Shown piece after piece: positions 48,801-59,345 of a stretch of 64,000 nucleotides of DNA. Every line of letters starts with the position of its first letter. The stretch's first letter is position 1. The notes under the pieces are model-generated. The model ran no database searches. It was not told the origin of the DNA and saw only the letters and a list, made by a program, of their open reading frames with translations. The DNA lies in NCBI GenBank assembly GCA_963697295.1, contig CAVONL010000012.1:46661-110660 (forward strand). Reading direction: 5' to 3'. The position numbers were made by a program, and so were the translations under genes. Source of the DNA: an uncultured Planctomycetaceae bacterium (GTDB taxonomy: Bacteria; Planctomycetota; Planctomycetia; Pirellulales; Pirellulaceae).

Positions 48801-49896
48801 AATGTTATCTCACGAACTTCGCAATCCGCTGGCGGCAATTCAAAATGCGGCCAATGTCTTGTCGAGAATCGAATCGGATGATCCGAGGGTTCGGACCGTC
48901 TCCGAAGTGGTGGGCCGGCAAAGTGATCAACTTTCCCGCATCCTCGATGATTTGTTGGATATTTCGCGGGTGGTTCAGGGCAAGATTGAACTCAAGAAAA
49001 AACTGTTTGATTTTCGTCAGTCCGCCGAAGATGCGGTGCTCGCGGTGCGGTCGATGGCGACCGCGGAGGGAATTACGCTGACACAAAGCATCACCGAACA
49101 ATCCCAGCCCGTGTTCGGAGACCAGTCGCGAATGCAGCAGGTATTTGTCAATCTCCTGATCAACGCGATTAAATATACACCCGCAGGCGGATCCGTGGAT
49201 CTCGCGATCAACCGCGTGGGTGACGAAGTCGTCGCCAGTGTCACCGATACCGGCGCCGGAATGACCGAGCGATTAATCAGGAGAATTTTCGAGCCGTTTG
49301 TGCAAGGTGAAAATACAATCGATCGCGCCGAAGGCGGCATGGGTGTTGGATTAACTCTGGTAAAATCACTGGTGGAACTGCACGGCGGCCAGATCACGGC
49401 CGAAAGCCCGGGTCTGGAGCAAGGCAGTACCTTTACGGTCTCCGTTCCCATTTCGGACGCAGAGATTTTGGATCACGCGGATGCGGCCAGCGAATCTCCC
49501 ATGCATGCGCCTGCGATGAAAATCGTCATCGTAGAAGACAACGCGGACAGTCGAGCGATGCTGCAATTGGCCCTGGAAATGGACGGACACACTGTCATTG
49601 CAACGCACGACGGCTTGGCTGGATTGACGACGATTGAAGCAGAAAAGCCCGACGTCGCATTCATCGATATCGGGTTGCCCGAAATCGATGGTTATGAAGT
49701 TGCCCGCCGATTGTGCCAGAAGGGAATGAACAAACACACCATGTTGTTTGCACTAACCGGTTTCGGCCAACTCAAAGACATCGAGCGGGCCCTCGAAGCT
49801 GGTTTTGATCACCACATCACGAAACCCGTTAATTCGCACAAATTGGAACAGGCACTCGCTCGCGCGGCCCGCCGCAAGCATGAACCGGCTTCCTAG
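45854..49896 (+). CDS. CheB-CheR-PAS hybrid histidine kinase/response regulator, frameshifts at ~46094 and ~48513
   Basis: Che[22 protein letters not shown]; Che[26 protein letters not shown]; TSNEEL coiled-coil repeats; PAS; SHELRNPL; N/G boxes; C-terminal REC (DIGLP, KP). Confidence 0.92.
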
Positions 49897-50248
49897 CTGG
49901 AGGCGGGAAATTCTGTGTCGGGAAGTTTATGACGCAGATGGTGAGCGGCGCGGCATTCGTGTCGCGAACGGAAATTACGTTCCGAGAAAAGCAAAGTCAT
50001 CCCACTTTATGCCTCGGTAAATTCGCGGTTTAAGTCATGTCGCCAGCAACCGTGGGTTACTCCTGCCGAGAGTTACCAGTCTGGAGGAACAGCAGCCAAT
50101 TACTGCCAGGCTCAAACACAAGAAGACACTGGTTCGAATTTCTGATCGCATCCGGCAGAAGCGACCCACTAAAGCTGGACGATCTCCAAACGAGGGTGAT
50201 CGGCTGGGTGAGAATCTGCTTCATCGCGCCGCGATTGCAATCTGCAGA

Positions 50249-51043
50249 CTAGTTCATTGATTTTGTCTCGCTTGCCTTCGCGTTATCAAAGTCCGCAAAA
50301 ATTTGCCGCAACATCTGGTTTGCATCGACCGGTTTGTCAAACCAACCGGAAACCCCCCGCTCACCCAACGGCACTTTCGCTTCGTGACGCTGCAGCCCGG
50401 AAACACCGTAAATGGGTACGTCGGTGAATTCGAGTTGCTCGCGAATCAGGGAAATCGTCTCTGGTCCGGACAGGCGAGGCATTTGCATATCCATCAAGAC
50501 ACAATCGGGCTGTTCATTTTGCTGAAGGTAGGCAATCGCAGCGATTCCGTCTGCGACCGTGTCGACTTGAAAACCGCACATTCGCAGGACACTGGCCAGC
50601 AGATCGCGTTCGTTTGCATCGTCTTCGACAAGCAAGGCTCGCCATCTCGTTCCGTCAGATCGGACTCTTTGCGTGCCGATCAGTGGCCTCACCGACGCCT
50701 GTTCGTCGAGATCACGCAAACTTTCCAATGCGTTTTGAAGATAACCTTTTGCTTCGTCATGATCACCGCGCTGCAGTAATTTTTCGGCGAGGTTGAGTTG
50801 CAGGGCGATTGTATTCAGGAGATTGTTTCGTTCGTGCCTTTCCGCCCGGCTCTCAGGTATTTCGGCGGTTTTGTCCCGAGATCTTTCTTCTTGGTCATTC
50901 AATTCGGCCCGCAGAATGCGAATTTCGGGAGGCGCATCAATCCCCAAGCGGATGTTGGAGCCCTTCAAGCCCAGGATTTCGACGGTAATTCCCACGTTGG
51001 GGAAGAGGATTTTTTGATTTTCACGACGTGACAGCACGAGCAT
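50249..51043 (-). CDS. CsrA-like domain fused to a receiver domain
   Basis: MLVLSRRENQKI...IRLGIDAPPEIRILRAEL (CsrA); LLVEDD, LMDMQMP, DKP (REC). Confidence 0.88.
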   Translation of the reverse strand: MLVLSRRENQKILFPNVGITVEILGLKGSNIRLGIDAPPEIRILRAELNDQEERSRDKTAEIPESRAERHERNNLLNTIALQLNLAEKLLQRGDHDEAKGYLQNALESLRDLDEQASVRPLIGTQRVRSDGTRWRALLVEDDANERDLLASVLRMCGFQVDTVADGIAAIAYLQQNEQPDCVLMDMQMPRLSGPETISLIREQLEFTDVPIYGVSGLQRHEAKVPLGERGVSGWFDKPVDANQMLRQIFADFDNAKASETKSMN

Positions 51044-51297
51044 GGCGGTTTCCTTTCCTGACGCAATTCCTAGACAAAAACTGACCCCGACAACTATCGC
51101 GGAGGCAGCAAATCGCACAGGCAAGCGTTGGACATCATGTCCACGCAGATGCTTCGGAAAAATCCGTTTCCGGCATTTGCCAAACCCTGTTTATCGAATC
51201 ATAGTTTTTCCAATTCGAAATATTCGTCAAGTCTTGTTTGCCGCTCGCATTAATATTGAGGGCGCGATGTTTTCACGACGCTAGCAAGACTGTTTTG

Positions 51298-52046
51298 TCA
51301 CCTTGGTTGGGTTTCGGCCCACGCTTGTATCCACCGGTCGAGTCCTTCCTGCACGCCAGCGGCGTAAGGCGATGCAGAGATCAAGACGCGCGGTCCTCGT
51401 GCCGAAGATTTCAGGTCGTCGTGAGCATTTGCAACAACCACTCCGTAAAAGTCATGTTCAAACAAGCTGATGTCATTTCCAGAATTGCCCGCTACGAAGA
51501 CCCGTGACGGATCAAACCCCAAACGACCGGCGACGTACGCCGCAGCCGTTCCCTTGTTAACGCCAACGGGAAGCAAGTCCAGATCCGCGCGGAGCTGTAA
51601 ATCATGTCTACGTCGATTCGGGCCTCGGAGAGTTTACGTCTCAGGCGATCGAGTTGGGTGCGGCCCGCGTTCCGAAAAAAATAACTCACTTTGAAATCCG
51701 ATTGAAAACACGCAGGCTGAATCTCCAACTCGGGCTCGTTGGCCAGGAGCTCGATCACTTCTCCAGCTGTCCAGCTGCCGGAAATTCGTGTTACCCAGTC
51801 ATGGTCCAACTCTCCGGCAGGAAAACTGCGGATTTCACTTCCCACTCCCCCGATGACGGCAACTGGATTCGGAAGATTGGTTGACTCAATATCGTCGATA
51901 ATTGATTCAAAGAAACGCCCCGAAGCATACACAATATCGATCTGTTCGACGTGCGACGACACGTATTCGAAGAAACGTTGTAGTGCCTGGTCATCACCGA
52001 GTAAGGTGTCGTCCAAGTCACTGATCAACAGGAATTTGTTAGCCAT
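51298..52046 (-). CDS. HAD-IIB sucrose-/mannosylfructose-phosphate phosphatase-like protein, frameshift at ~51585
   Basis: DLDDTLLG, YASGR, QSDFKVSY, YSS-RDLDLLP, NKG, AGNSGND, VVANA. Confidence 0.85.
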
Positions 52047-52095
52047 GAATACCTGTGAACATGAGCGGATGTGGAAACGTAATTTAAGCTACTGC

Positions 52096-52698
52096 TTATT
52101 TTGTGGACTGGCCGTGATGTTGCAGCAACCAATTGGTGACCGGATGTCTGCCTCCTCGCCAATCAATTTTTTGATGTTCGATGTCATTTTCCGAGAGCCC
52201 GGGTCCGGCGGCTGTAAGCAACTTGCCAAATCGTGACAACATCAATTGATGCGAATCCCAGAACTCGATGTCATCGACGTCGACTCGGATGAGCGCTGCC
52301 ATGTCGCCTGGATTTTCGGATTCAAACCAGTCAACGCATTGCTGGTTCCACAACAATTCTGATTTCTTTGAATCATCGCTTGCGTGTGCCTTGCCGGTAA
52401 TCGACGCGTAACGCTGATTGCTGGGCTCGGAAATGACAATATTAACCTGCGGATTTTCGCAAATAGTTCGAAGTACTTTGTCGTCTTGGCGAACGAAAAA
52501 GTAAAGATCGCCGTTGAATACTTCATTGATGTTGAGCATCGGTCGGCTCCGAATAACGTGGTCACTGCCACAGGTCGACAGCATCCATGTTTTATTCTCG
52601 ATGATAAAGTCTGAGGCCTGCGAGATCGCATTATCTCGCGCGGCGTCCGGAGCACGATCGGGTTTTCGGTTGTCGGGTCGGGTTGTTTCGGCATTCAT
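52096..52698 (-). CDS. General stress protein 26 / pyridoxamine 5'-phosphate oxidase-like FMN-binding protein
   Basis: MLST...IRSRPM, LYFF, NPQVN, YASITGKA, LW, IEFWD. Confidence 0.8.
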   Translation of the reverse strand: MNAETTRPDNRKPDRAPDAARDNAISQASDFIIENKTWMLSTCGSDHVIRSRPMLNINEVFNGDLYFFVRQDDKVLRTICENPQVNIVISEPSNQRYASITGKAHASDDSKKSELLWNQQCVDWFESENPGDMAALIRVDVDDIEFWDSHQLMLSRFGKLLTAAGPGLSENDIEHQKIDWRGGRHPVTNWLLQHHGQSTK

Positions 52699-52736
52699 GA
52701 AAATTTCCTTGTTTTGTCGTGTTTGAGGAATCGTGT

Positions 52737-53228
52737 TCAAGACGCGTAGTGGATGTTAATTTGCTGTGCGTTGGTCTCTGCCAGCGTTTTCGCGGCACGC
52801 TCGACATCCGCAGTCGACCCTGTGAAGACCAATAGCAGATGGCCCCCGGCGACGAGCGACTGATAGTCGGTGATCGAATGTGCGATCTCTTCGTTGCCAT
52901 GAAACCGTTCTCGCAATTGGGCAAAGAACTCGCCGGCAAATTGGTTGAGGAATGATCCCAGCTTGCCAACTATTGGACTTGCTGCGCGCTCCTCTTTCGA
53001 ACTGGTCGCGATCGGTGTCAAAGTCGATGCCCCGCTCGACGACGAGTCGCGAACGACGTTCGACTGATGAGACCCCTCGACTGCAGCGGGGTCCGGTACT
53101 TCGGCTTGGACGTCGTGAGTGACAAGAGAAACCTGGTGATCCGGGAGCCCGGCTGTCTGAAGTCGTCGCACGGCAGATCCAAGTGTTTCAAAATTTTCGT
53201 AAACAGCAATGGTTACACTAAAGTTCAT
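52737..53228 (-). CDS. General-stress-type hypothetical protein
   Basis: IAVY..AVRRLQTAG..QVSLV...YQSLVAGGHLLLV pattern; GGAGG SD before ATG 53228. Confidence 0.65.
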   Translation of the reverse strand: MNFSVTIAVYENFETLGSAVRRLQTAGLPDHQVSLVTHDVQAEVPDPAAVEGSHQSNVVRDSSSSGASTLTPIATSSKEERAASPIVGKLGSFLNQFAGEFFAQLRERFHGNEEIAHSITDYQSLVAGGHLLLVFTGSTADVERAAKTLAETNAQQINIHYAS

Positions 53229-53253
53229 TTTTTGTTCCTCCAAATCCTACCGG

Positions 53254-53269
53254 TGCATTCTTCATGCCA
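53254..53269 (-). promoter_or_regulatory. Sigma54 (-24/-12) promoter
   Basis: Minus strand TGGCATGAAGAATGCA has GG-N10-GC and lies just upstream of the SD of 52737..53228. Confidence 0.7.
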
Positions 53270-53733
53270 ACGGTGGATGGTCGCCTGGGGCTCGTCTGCA
53301 ACGTTTTTCAGTTGGTTGCCAAACGACCAGGTTGGTTGTTCGCGAATCAACGCGAACGGTCATGCCCTTCATGATTCGGACTTGTCTTGATTCGGTCGTC
53401 ACGCCATCACGGAAAAACCCGTCCAGGATGCGGCAATTTGGCTTGATTCTTGTTTTTTGTTTTTCCCCGGCCCACGAGTTGCTCAAACGCTTGACCTTCG
53501 AAGTTCTTCTAAGGCGGTGTTCGGATCCAGTTCGTTTGACGGTTTCCGGATGCCGAGTACAAACAAGAGACCGATGGTTGATCGTAACAAACGCTTAAAT
53601 GTCAAACCGACAAACGATGGATTTGTTATCCGAAAAATAAGAATGGCGTTGTACCTCGCCGTTGAATGCGTACTCTTCGCGCGAAATGGAACTCGCAATT
53701 GAACAACGAACTACCTCTTTAGGAATCCACGAA

Positions 53734-55083
53734 ATGTCACGCAAACGACCAAGAATCATGATGATCTCGACGCACGGTTACGTATCCGCAGAGCCGGAGT
53801 TTGGCCTGCCCGATACGGGGGGACAAGTCGTCTACCTGCTTGAACTCTCGAAGACTCTCGCGAGACTTGGATTTCGAGTTGACATCTACACCCGCCGTTT
53901 CGAGAAACAGCCGGCAATGGAAGCAGTGTCGGATGGCGTGCGAATTTTGCGCCAGCCTTGCGGTGGCCGCGATTTCATTCCCAAAGAAACGCTGTGCGAA
54001 TACATTCCAGAATGGGTCGCCAATGTGCGTGATTATATCCGCGGAAAAAAGTTAGGCTATGCGTTTATCAACAGCCACTACTGGGATGCGGGTTTGGCTG
54101 GGCAGTCTTTGTCAAATCAGCTGGAGATTCCCCATCTGCATACGCCCCACTCGTTGGGAGCCTGGAAACGAGAGAACATGGACGGCCCGCCCGTCGAGCT
54201 GGAGCGGAAATATAATTTCGCCCGTCGAATTCGTGACGAGCGTTACATTTACACGCAATCCAATGTGCTGATCGCGACAACTTCCCAGCAAAGGGACATC
54301 ATGCGCAACGACGAATATGATGTACCCGGAGAGAAGATAAAAGTTATCCCGCCGGGATATGATGACACCCGATTCTATCCGGTTTCCAACGCAACTCGGG
54401 CAACGCTGAAACGGGAACTTCGAATTGAAGGTCCACTCGTGCTGGCCCTCGGCCGGATGGCTCACAACAAAGGTTACGATTTGCTGATTCAGTCGATGCC
54501 TGCCATTGTCAAGCGGGTTCCTGAAGCTCGGTTGTTGTTGGCGGTCGGTTCGACCGATCCGACTGAGGCCGAGACGCAACAGGTCAATGGATTACATCGC
54601 ATCGTCAACTCGTTGGGTATCGAGAAAAGCGTCCTGTTTCACGACTATATTTCCGATGAAGATTTGGCCGACTACTACCGTGCGGCAGACGTGTTTGCTT
54701 TAAGCAGTCGATACGAACCGTTTGGCATGACGGCGGTGGAAGCGATGGCCTGCGGCACGCCGACCGTCGTGACCACCGAGGGCGGCCTGTGGGAATTGAT
54801 TAACTGGGGAAATGATGCTCTCTACGAAAATCCCTTTGAACCGGAAGCCTTCGGTTACGCCATTGCCTCAATCCTGAAGCATCCGCGGGTTGCCCAGCAA
54901 CTCGCGCGGGCAGGCTCGCAAACGGCGAGAGCCCGGTTTACATGGACCGGCATCGCCCAACAAGTCCTCAACCTGATCGACGGCCTCAAACTCGACAGCA
55001 AATTGCGGAACGAATCGGAACGCAGTGCGATCGCTACCCGGGAACGCGAGCGAGAAAAGTCGTTAGCCAAAGTGACTACCTGA
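53734..55083 (+). CDS. mfpsA: GT4 glycosyltransferase, mannosylfructose-phosphate synthase-like
   Basis: MISTHGYV..DTGGQVVY, TRRFE, PCGGRDFIPKE, NSHYWDAG, HTPHS, SRYEPFGMTAVEAMACG. Confidence 0.8.
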   Translation: MSRKRPRIMMISTHGYVSAEPEFGLPDTGGQVVYLLELSKTLARLGFRVDIYTRRFEKQPAMEAVSDGVRILRQPCGGRDFIPKETLCEYIPEWVANVRDYIRGKKLGYAFINSHYWDAGLAGQSLSNQLEIPHLHTPHSLGAWKRENMDGPPVELERKYNFARRIRDERYIYTQSNVLIATTSQQRDIMRNDEYDVPGEKIKVIPPGYDDTRFYPVSNATRATLKRELRIEGPLVLALGRMAHNKGYDLLIQSMPAIVKRVPEARLLLAVGSTDPTEAETQQVNGLHRIVNSLGIEKSVLFHDYISDEDLADYYRAADVFALSSRYEPFGMTAVEAMACGTPTVVTTEGGLWELINWGNDALYENPFEPEAFGYAIASILKHPRVAQQLARAGSQTARARFTWTGIAQQVLNLIDGLKLDSKLRNESERSAIATREREREKSLAKVTT

Positions 55084-55141
55084 ATTGCGAATTCCTTTAC
55101 GGTTGCGCCAACGTCCATCCATGAAGAATAGCTAGCCAGGA

Positions 55142-56464
55142 CTAAATATGATCAACGATCGAATCGGGTTCCAGGTCAAGTTCGTGGCAAGCTTTGACAA
55201 AACTGGCGGCGCTCCAAGCTTGAAATGCTTTTCCCATGGGGCGACCGGTTACTCCGTGATGCCATTCATTGAATTCCCACTCCTGGCTGATTCCCAGAGA
55301 GCATAGCCGCGCCAGTTTGACCAATTCTCTTCTGGCGAGATCGGGCATGCCCAGCTTGTGAATGTACCGCACCCATAATCCACCGATGAATGGCCAGACA
55401 CCACCGTTGTGATAATGGTGCGGCAGATTGAGCAAATTGACGGCGAAGTAATCCCGCCATTCACGATCCCCGGCCTGTACCGGTGGGTACAGATTTTCAA
55501 CCGGGGCCGGCTCATTGATGCCTACGCCCCACAAGAAACGAAATGTCATCATGGCCCGTTCTCTGTCGACGAGGTTGTTCAGGTAGGCCAACAGGTTTCC
55601 GTAGACGTCACACCGCCAACTGAAGGCAAAGGGAGAGATTTGGGCGACCAGGTAGCGGGCGTCACCCAGTGCGTATTGGACATCGCTAAACGTTGTCCCG
55701 CCATCGAGCAGATCCATCGCTGTCGATGGCCAAAACTTTTTCAGAATTACCTTGCCAACATGCGCGGCCCACTTCCTGTAATCGGCCGCTTTTCCGGCAT
55801 CATTTTGCAGATCGAGAAGGTTGGCATAGCACTTGAGACACTGAAACCACAGGACTTCATCATACAGGACATGATAGCTCCACCCAAACAGATCGGCCCA
55901 ATCGCCCGCCTCGGGGATCTCCAGCAACCCGCAATTATTCGAATCGTGAGCGCTGAGCCAGTCCATGGTTTTTTGCAACACTTCGCTGAAATCGTCGACG
56001 ATCGTTTGATCACCCGTCACTTGGGTGTAACGCCACGCGGCAATGATCATCCACATCCCGCTGTCGATCGACGTAATACCGCCGACGCCGGCATATTCTG
56101 GCTGGTCTGTGTCCAGATGAACGCTGGCAGGAATTTGACCGGTTGGTGATTGGTGCGACAGCAATGTCTGCAATGTTTGTTTTTGACATTCACGAATTGC
56201 CTCATCGTCAAGGTCAATTGTCCAGCAAATGGTTTTGGCTCCATCGCGAGCCCAGACACTTCGATAGTTGTCATCGGTGCCGTAGGTCGTATTATCCTGC
56301 AACGAGCAGGCAGAAAAGCCACGAGGAGTCACATTGCGGTGTAACGCGTCGATCGCGTGATGATACGCTTGAGCCAACAGAGTTTGTTCATCCGCAGATA
56401 GTTCTCTGTACTCGTGAGGTTTGAACAGGATGCGTTTTGACAAGGCCAAGCTCCGTTTCGGCAA
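55142..56464 (-). CDS. GH100-like (alkaline/neutral invertase-like) glycoside hydrolase
   Basis: NYRSVWARDG, GQIP, IDSGMW, LLEIPEAGDW, HHYHNGGVWPF, FNEWHHG..G.PMG...QAWSAA. Confidence 0.82.
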   Translation of the reverse strand: MPKRSLALSKRILFKPHEYRELSADEQTLLAQAYHHAIDALHRNVTPRGFSACSLQDNTTYGTDDNYRSVWARDGAKTICWTIDLDDEAIRECQKQTLQTLLSHQSPTGQIPASVHLDTDQPEYAGVGGITSIDSGMWMIIAAWRYTQVTGDQTIVDDFSEVLQKTMDWLSAHDSNNCGLLEIPEAGDWADLFGWSYHVLYDEVLWFQCLKCYANLLDLQNDAGKAADYRKWAAHVGKVILKKFWPSTAMDLLDGGTTFSDVQYALGDARYLVAQISPFAFSWRCDVYGNLLAYLNNLVDRERAMMTFRFLWGVGINEPAPVENLYPPVQAGDREWRDYFAVNLLNLPHHYHNGGVWPFIGGLWVRYIHKLGMPDLARRELVKLARLCSLGISQEWEFNEWHHGVTGRPMGKAFQAWSAASFVKACHELDLEPDSIVDHI

Positions 56465-56629
56465 TCGAGAAATTGATTTTCAAATGGTGTTGTAACAGAT
56501 TATTAGACGATTTAAGTGGCGAAGGTGTGAGGAACGAGGGTTGTTGGTTTCTTCGTTGACAATGCTGACGGCGTTAGCTTCATCGTGTTCATCCATGGAG
56601 TGATCAAAAAGGCGGATTCAAACGTGAGT

Positions 56630-58084
56630 TCAGGACTCGGTCGAAATGACCTGCTCGATGACGATTCCCAGCGACCGAATCTTCGTGCGCAGGCTTCCCC
56701 GGGTAATTCCCAGCATCTCGGCGGCCCTGGATTGATTGCCACCTGTCGCGGAAAGGATGTTCGTGATCAACACACGTTCCATTATCTGCAGAGTTTCGGC
56801 GTAAATTTCTGTAGAACCCGACGCGATTCGAGCCTGGACAAATTGGGCGAGGCCTGCTTGTTCAGCAGGTGTCTGCGAACGGCCTTGTTTGATTGCATTG
56901 GATATGGATTCCGGATGCGAGATCTCATCGTTCAGGTTTTCCGGAACGATGACGGGGCCGGTTGCCATCAGGATTGCCCGGCGCAGCACGCTTTGCAGTT
57001 CACGGACGTTGCCCGGCCAGGCATAGGCACGCAACATTTCAACTGCCTCAAAGGATATGCCCTCGATGCTTTTGCTCATTTGGTCTGAGAACAGCCGAAT
57101 AAAATGATTAATCAACAGGTTGATATCATCACCGCGATCGCGAAGGGCCGGCATGTGGATCTCGACGGCGTTAATCCGGTGATAGAGGTCCAGACGAAAC
57201 TCATTTTCCTCGATCATTTCCTCGAGCGGCCGATTGGTCGCTGAGATGATCCGTGTATCGGTCGTAATCGTTTTGGTTCCGCCGACGCGCTCAAACGACT
57301 GTTCCTGCAACAGCCTGAGCACTTTGCTTTGTAAACGTGGCGACATATCGCCAATCTCGTCAAGAAAAATTGTCCCGCCATTACACTGTTCGAATTTTCC
57401 TACATGACGAAGGTCGGCACCTGTGAAGGCACCCTTTTCATGTCCAAACAATTCGCTTTCAAGAAGTGACTCTGACAACGCCGCACAGTTGACGGCCAGG
57501 TAACATTCACCGCTGCGATTACTGTGCTGGTAAATTGCCCGCGCGACCAGTTCCTTTCCGGTTCCGCTTTCTCCGCGAATCAACACCGGAACATCTTCGG
57601 CTGCAACGCGGCCGATTTGTTTGTAGACCTCCACCATCTCCGGACTTGAGCCGACGAGTGTTTCGCGATCATCGCCGGGTAGTCCATCGCTTTGTTCAAA
57701 TACGACGGGCGATCGCATCAAACGTCGATTTTCCAGGGCACGTTCCACAATGTCCTGAACTTGCTGCAGGTCAAGAGGTTTGTTGCAGAATTCGTAGGCC
57801 CCCAATTTCATCGCCTCGATAGCTGTGCCGCTATCGTCCAGCGAACTGATAAAAATTACCGGGAGCCTGGCGTCGAGTGAACGAATCCTTTTTGCCAACT
57901 CCATCCCGTTCATTTCGGGCAACATAATGTCTAACAAGCAGACGTCAACTTCCCCTTTTGTCAGGAGCGGCAAGCCTTCTTCTGCGTTTGCCAATGTGGT
58001 TAGTTGGTGATCGCTATCTTCAAAAGCTTTTTCAATCAAACGTAATACCGTCCGATCATCATCAATCGCCAGAATGTGGGGCAT
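56630..58084 (-). CDS. NtrC-family sigma54-dependent response regulator
   Basis: REC domain; GESGTGKE; ESELFGHEKGAFTGA; WPGNVREL; Fis-type HTH. Confidence 0.96.
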   Translation of the reverse strand: MPHILAIDDDRTVLRLIEKAFEDSDHQLTTLANAEEGLPLLTKGEVDVCLLDIMLPEMNGMELAKRIRSLDARLPVIFISSLDDSGTAIEAMKLGAYEFCNKPLDLQQVQDIVERALENRRLMRSPVVFEQSDGLPGDDRETLVGSSPEMVEVYKQIGRVAAEDVPVLIRGESGTGKELVARAIYQHSNRSGECYLAVNCAALSESLLESELFGHEKGAFTGADLRHVGKFEQCNGGTIFLDEIGDMSPRLQSKVLRLLQEQSFERVGGTKTITTDTRIISATNRPLEEMIEENEFRLDLYHRINAVEIHMPALRDRGDDINLLINHFIRLFSDQMSKSIEGISFEAVEMLRAYAWPGNVRELQSVLRRAILMATGPVIVPENLNDEISHPESISNAIKQGRSQTPAEQAGLAQFVQARIASGSTEIYAETLQIMERVLITNILSATGGNQSRAAEMLGITRGSLRTKIRSLGIVIEQVISTES

Positions 58085-58262
58085 CGGTTCTCCTTTGCCG
58101 ACATCCTAGCAAATGGCTAATCCAATGGGAAAAGGTCTCCCGGGTTTTTTCAGCTTGGCGCGGTTACGACAATCTCGCTGCAGAACTCAAGAATGCCAAA
58201 CCGTCTGTCACGTTGCAGTTCGCAATTGATGTAAAGTGCCAAGTTCACGTCAGGTCAAGGGC

Positions 58263-58949
58263 CTATGTGTTGGCTGGTTCGCGCACTGTCTCCCACGGTG
58301 AGTTGCAAGCTGGCAAATCAACCGAGATTCTTCGTGTGGACCAGTCGACTTTTTCAATCCGACTGGTAGAGAATGTGGACCGTTGCGCTGAACGCCAGAA
58401 TCCGGAATCCGAAGTGGCATACTCGACAACCCAAGAATCGACGTCAATCATCAGATCAATAAGATATCCTGTTTTGCGCTCGTTACTGTCGACGACATAG
58501 CCGCAGATTTCCTTCGCGCTGCGGAGATTTGACGAAGTCTGCCGGATATTTTCGCGTATCGAGCTGTCCACGTTGGACGCCATCGCTTGCGGCGACGAAA
58601 TGATGCGTCCCAGCCAATAGATCGGCCAACTGTAGTGATCGACCAACGCCTGTTCATATTGTCGTGAAATCGGTTGTTTCAAATCGAGGGGAGGACTTTC
58701 AAAAAGTTGCTGCGAACTGAGCTCAATCCCAATTTGGCGCAATTCAAAGTCAAGGCTCACGATCGCCGTTGGCGAAACGAGGACTTGTTGATTTCGGAGT
58801 GGACCGTCCAGAGACGCAACCAGATAGCGGACTTGCCAACCATCGTCTTCGATCAGCAAGTCTGCGACCGTCCCCAGCTCACCATCGATGCACTGCAACT
58901 TCATTTGGGTCATTTCGAAAAAACGCTTAACCACAAACTTCGGTTTCAT
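58263..58949 (-). CDS. Tandem PRC-barrel domain protein
   Basis: DGELGTVADLLIEDDGWQVRYLV, ISRQYEQAL.DHY.WP.YW, NLRS..EI.GY. Confidence 0.82.
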   Translation of the reverse strand: MKPKFVVKRFFEMTQMKLQCIDGELGTVADLLIEDDGWQVRYLVASLDGPLRNQQVLVSPTAIVSLDFELRQIGIELSSQQLFESPPLDLKQPISRQYEQALVDHYSWPIYWLGRIISSPQAMASNVDSSIRENIRQTSSNLRSAKEICGYVVDSNERKTGYLIDLMIDVDSWVVEYATSDSGFWRSAQRSTFSTSRIEKVDWSTRRISVDLPACNSPWETVREPANT

Positions 58950-59076
58950 TTTATGATACCTTATTTGATGAGAGACTTGTCGGTCGGTCACAGCCAGTTT
59001 CGTGACGTGCAGTACATGATCAGCACAGGGAGACACTTGAAGTGTCAGATACGAGGCGCGACACGACAAAACAGAA

Positions 59077-59092
59077 TGCATTTGCCATGCCA
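59077..59092 (-). promoter_or_regulatory. Sigma54 (-24/-12) promoter
   Basis: Minus strand TGGCATGGCAAATGCA has GG-N10-GC, upstream of the PRC-barrel gene. Confidence 0.65.
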
Positions 59093-59345
59093 AACTCCTC
59101 GAACAGAATTTCGAGCGATGAATGGCCGCTGAAAGCAGGAAATTAGGCGTTGCCACACCGTCACTGGTCAGCCAACGATCGCATTGGTTGCGAGACTGCC
59201 GGCCCAAGATCGGACATTTGTACTGCCCCGCCGCGTCAAATAGTCCCCACTAGCCTGCGAGCCAGGCCGGAAAAAACAATTGAAAACCAAACCGCTCTCA
59301 AACTGTTAGAATTGGAAGCGGCAGTCATCCAGTTCCTATAAGCCA

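Noticed and set aside
49897-50248. CsrB/RsmZ-like GGA-rich sRNA beside the CsrA fusion
   Set aside because: Only about 7 GGA in ~350 nt on the + strand, near random expectation, and not in repeated hairpin loops.
59184-59200. Sigma54 promoter for the FNT gene (TGGTTGCGAGACTGC)
   Set aside because: GG-N10-GC spacing fits, but the flanking bases match the TGGCAC/TTGC consensus poorly.
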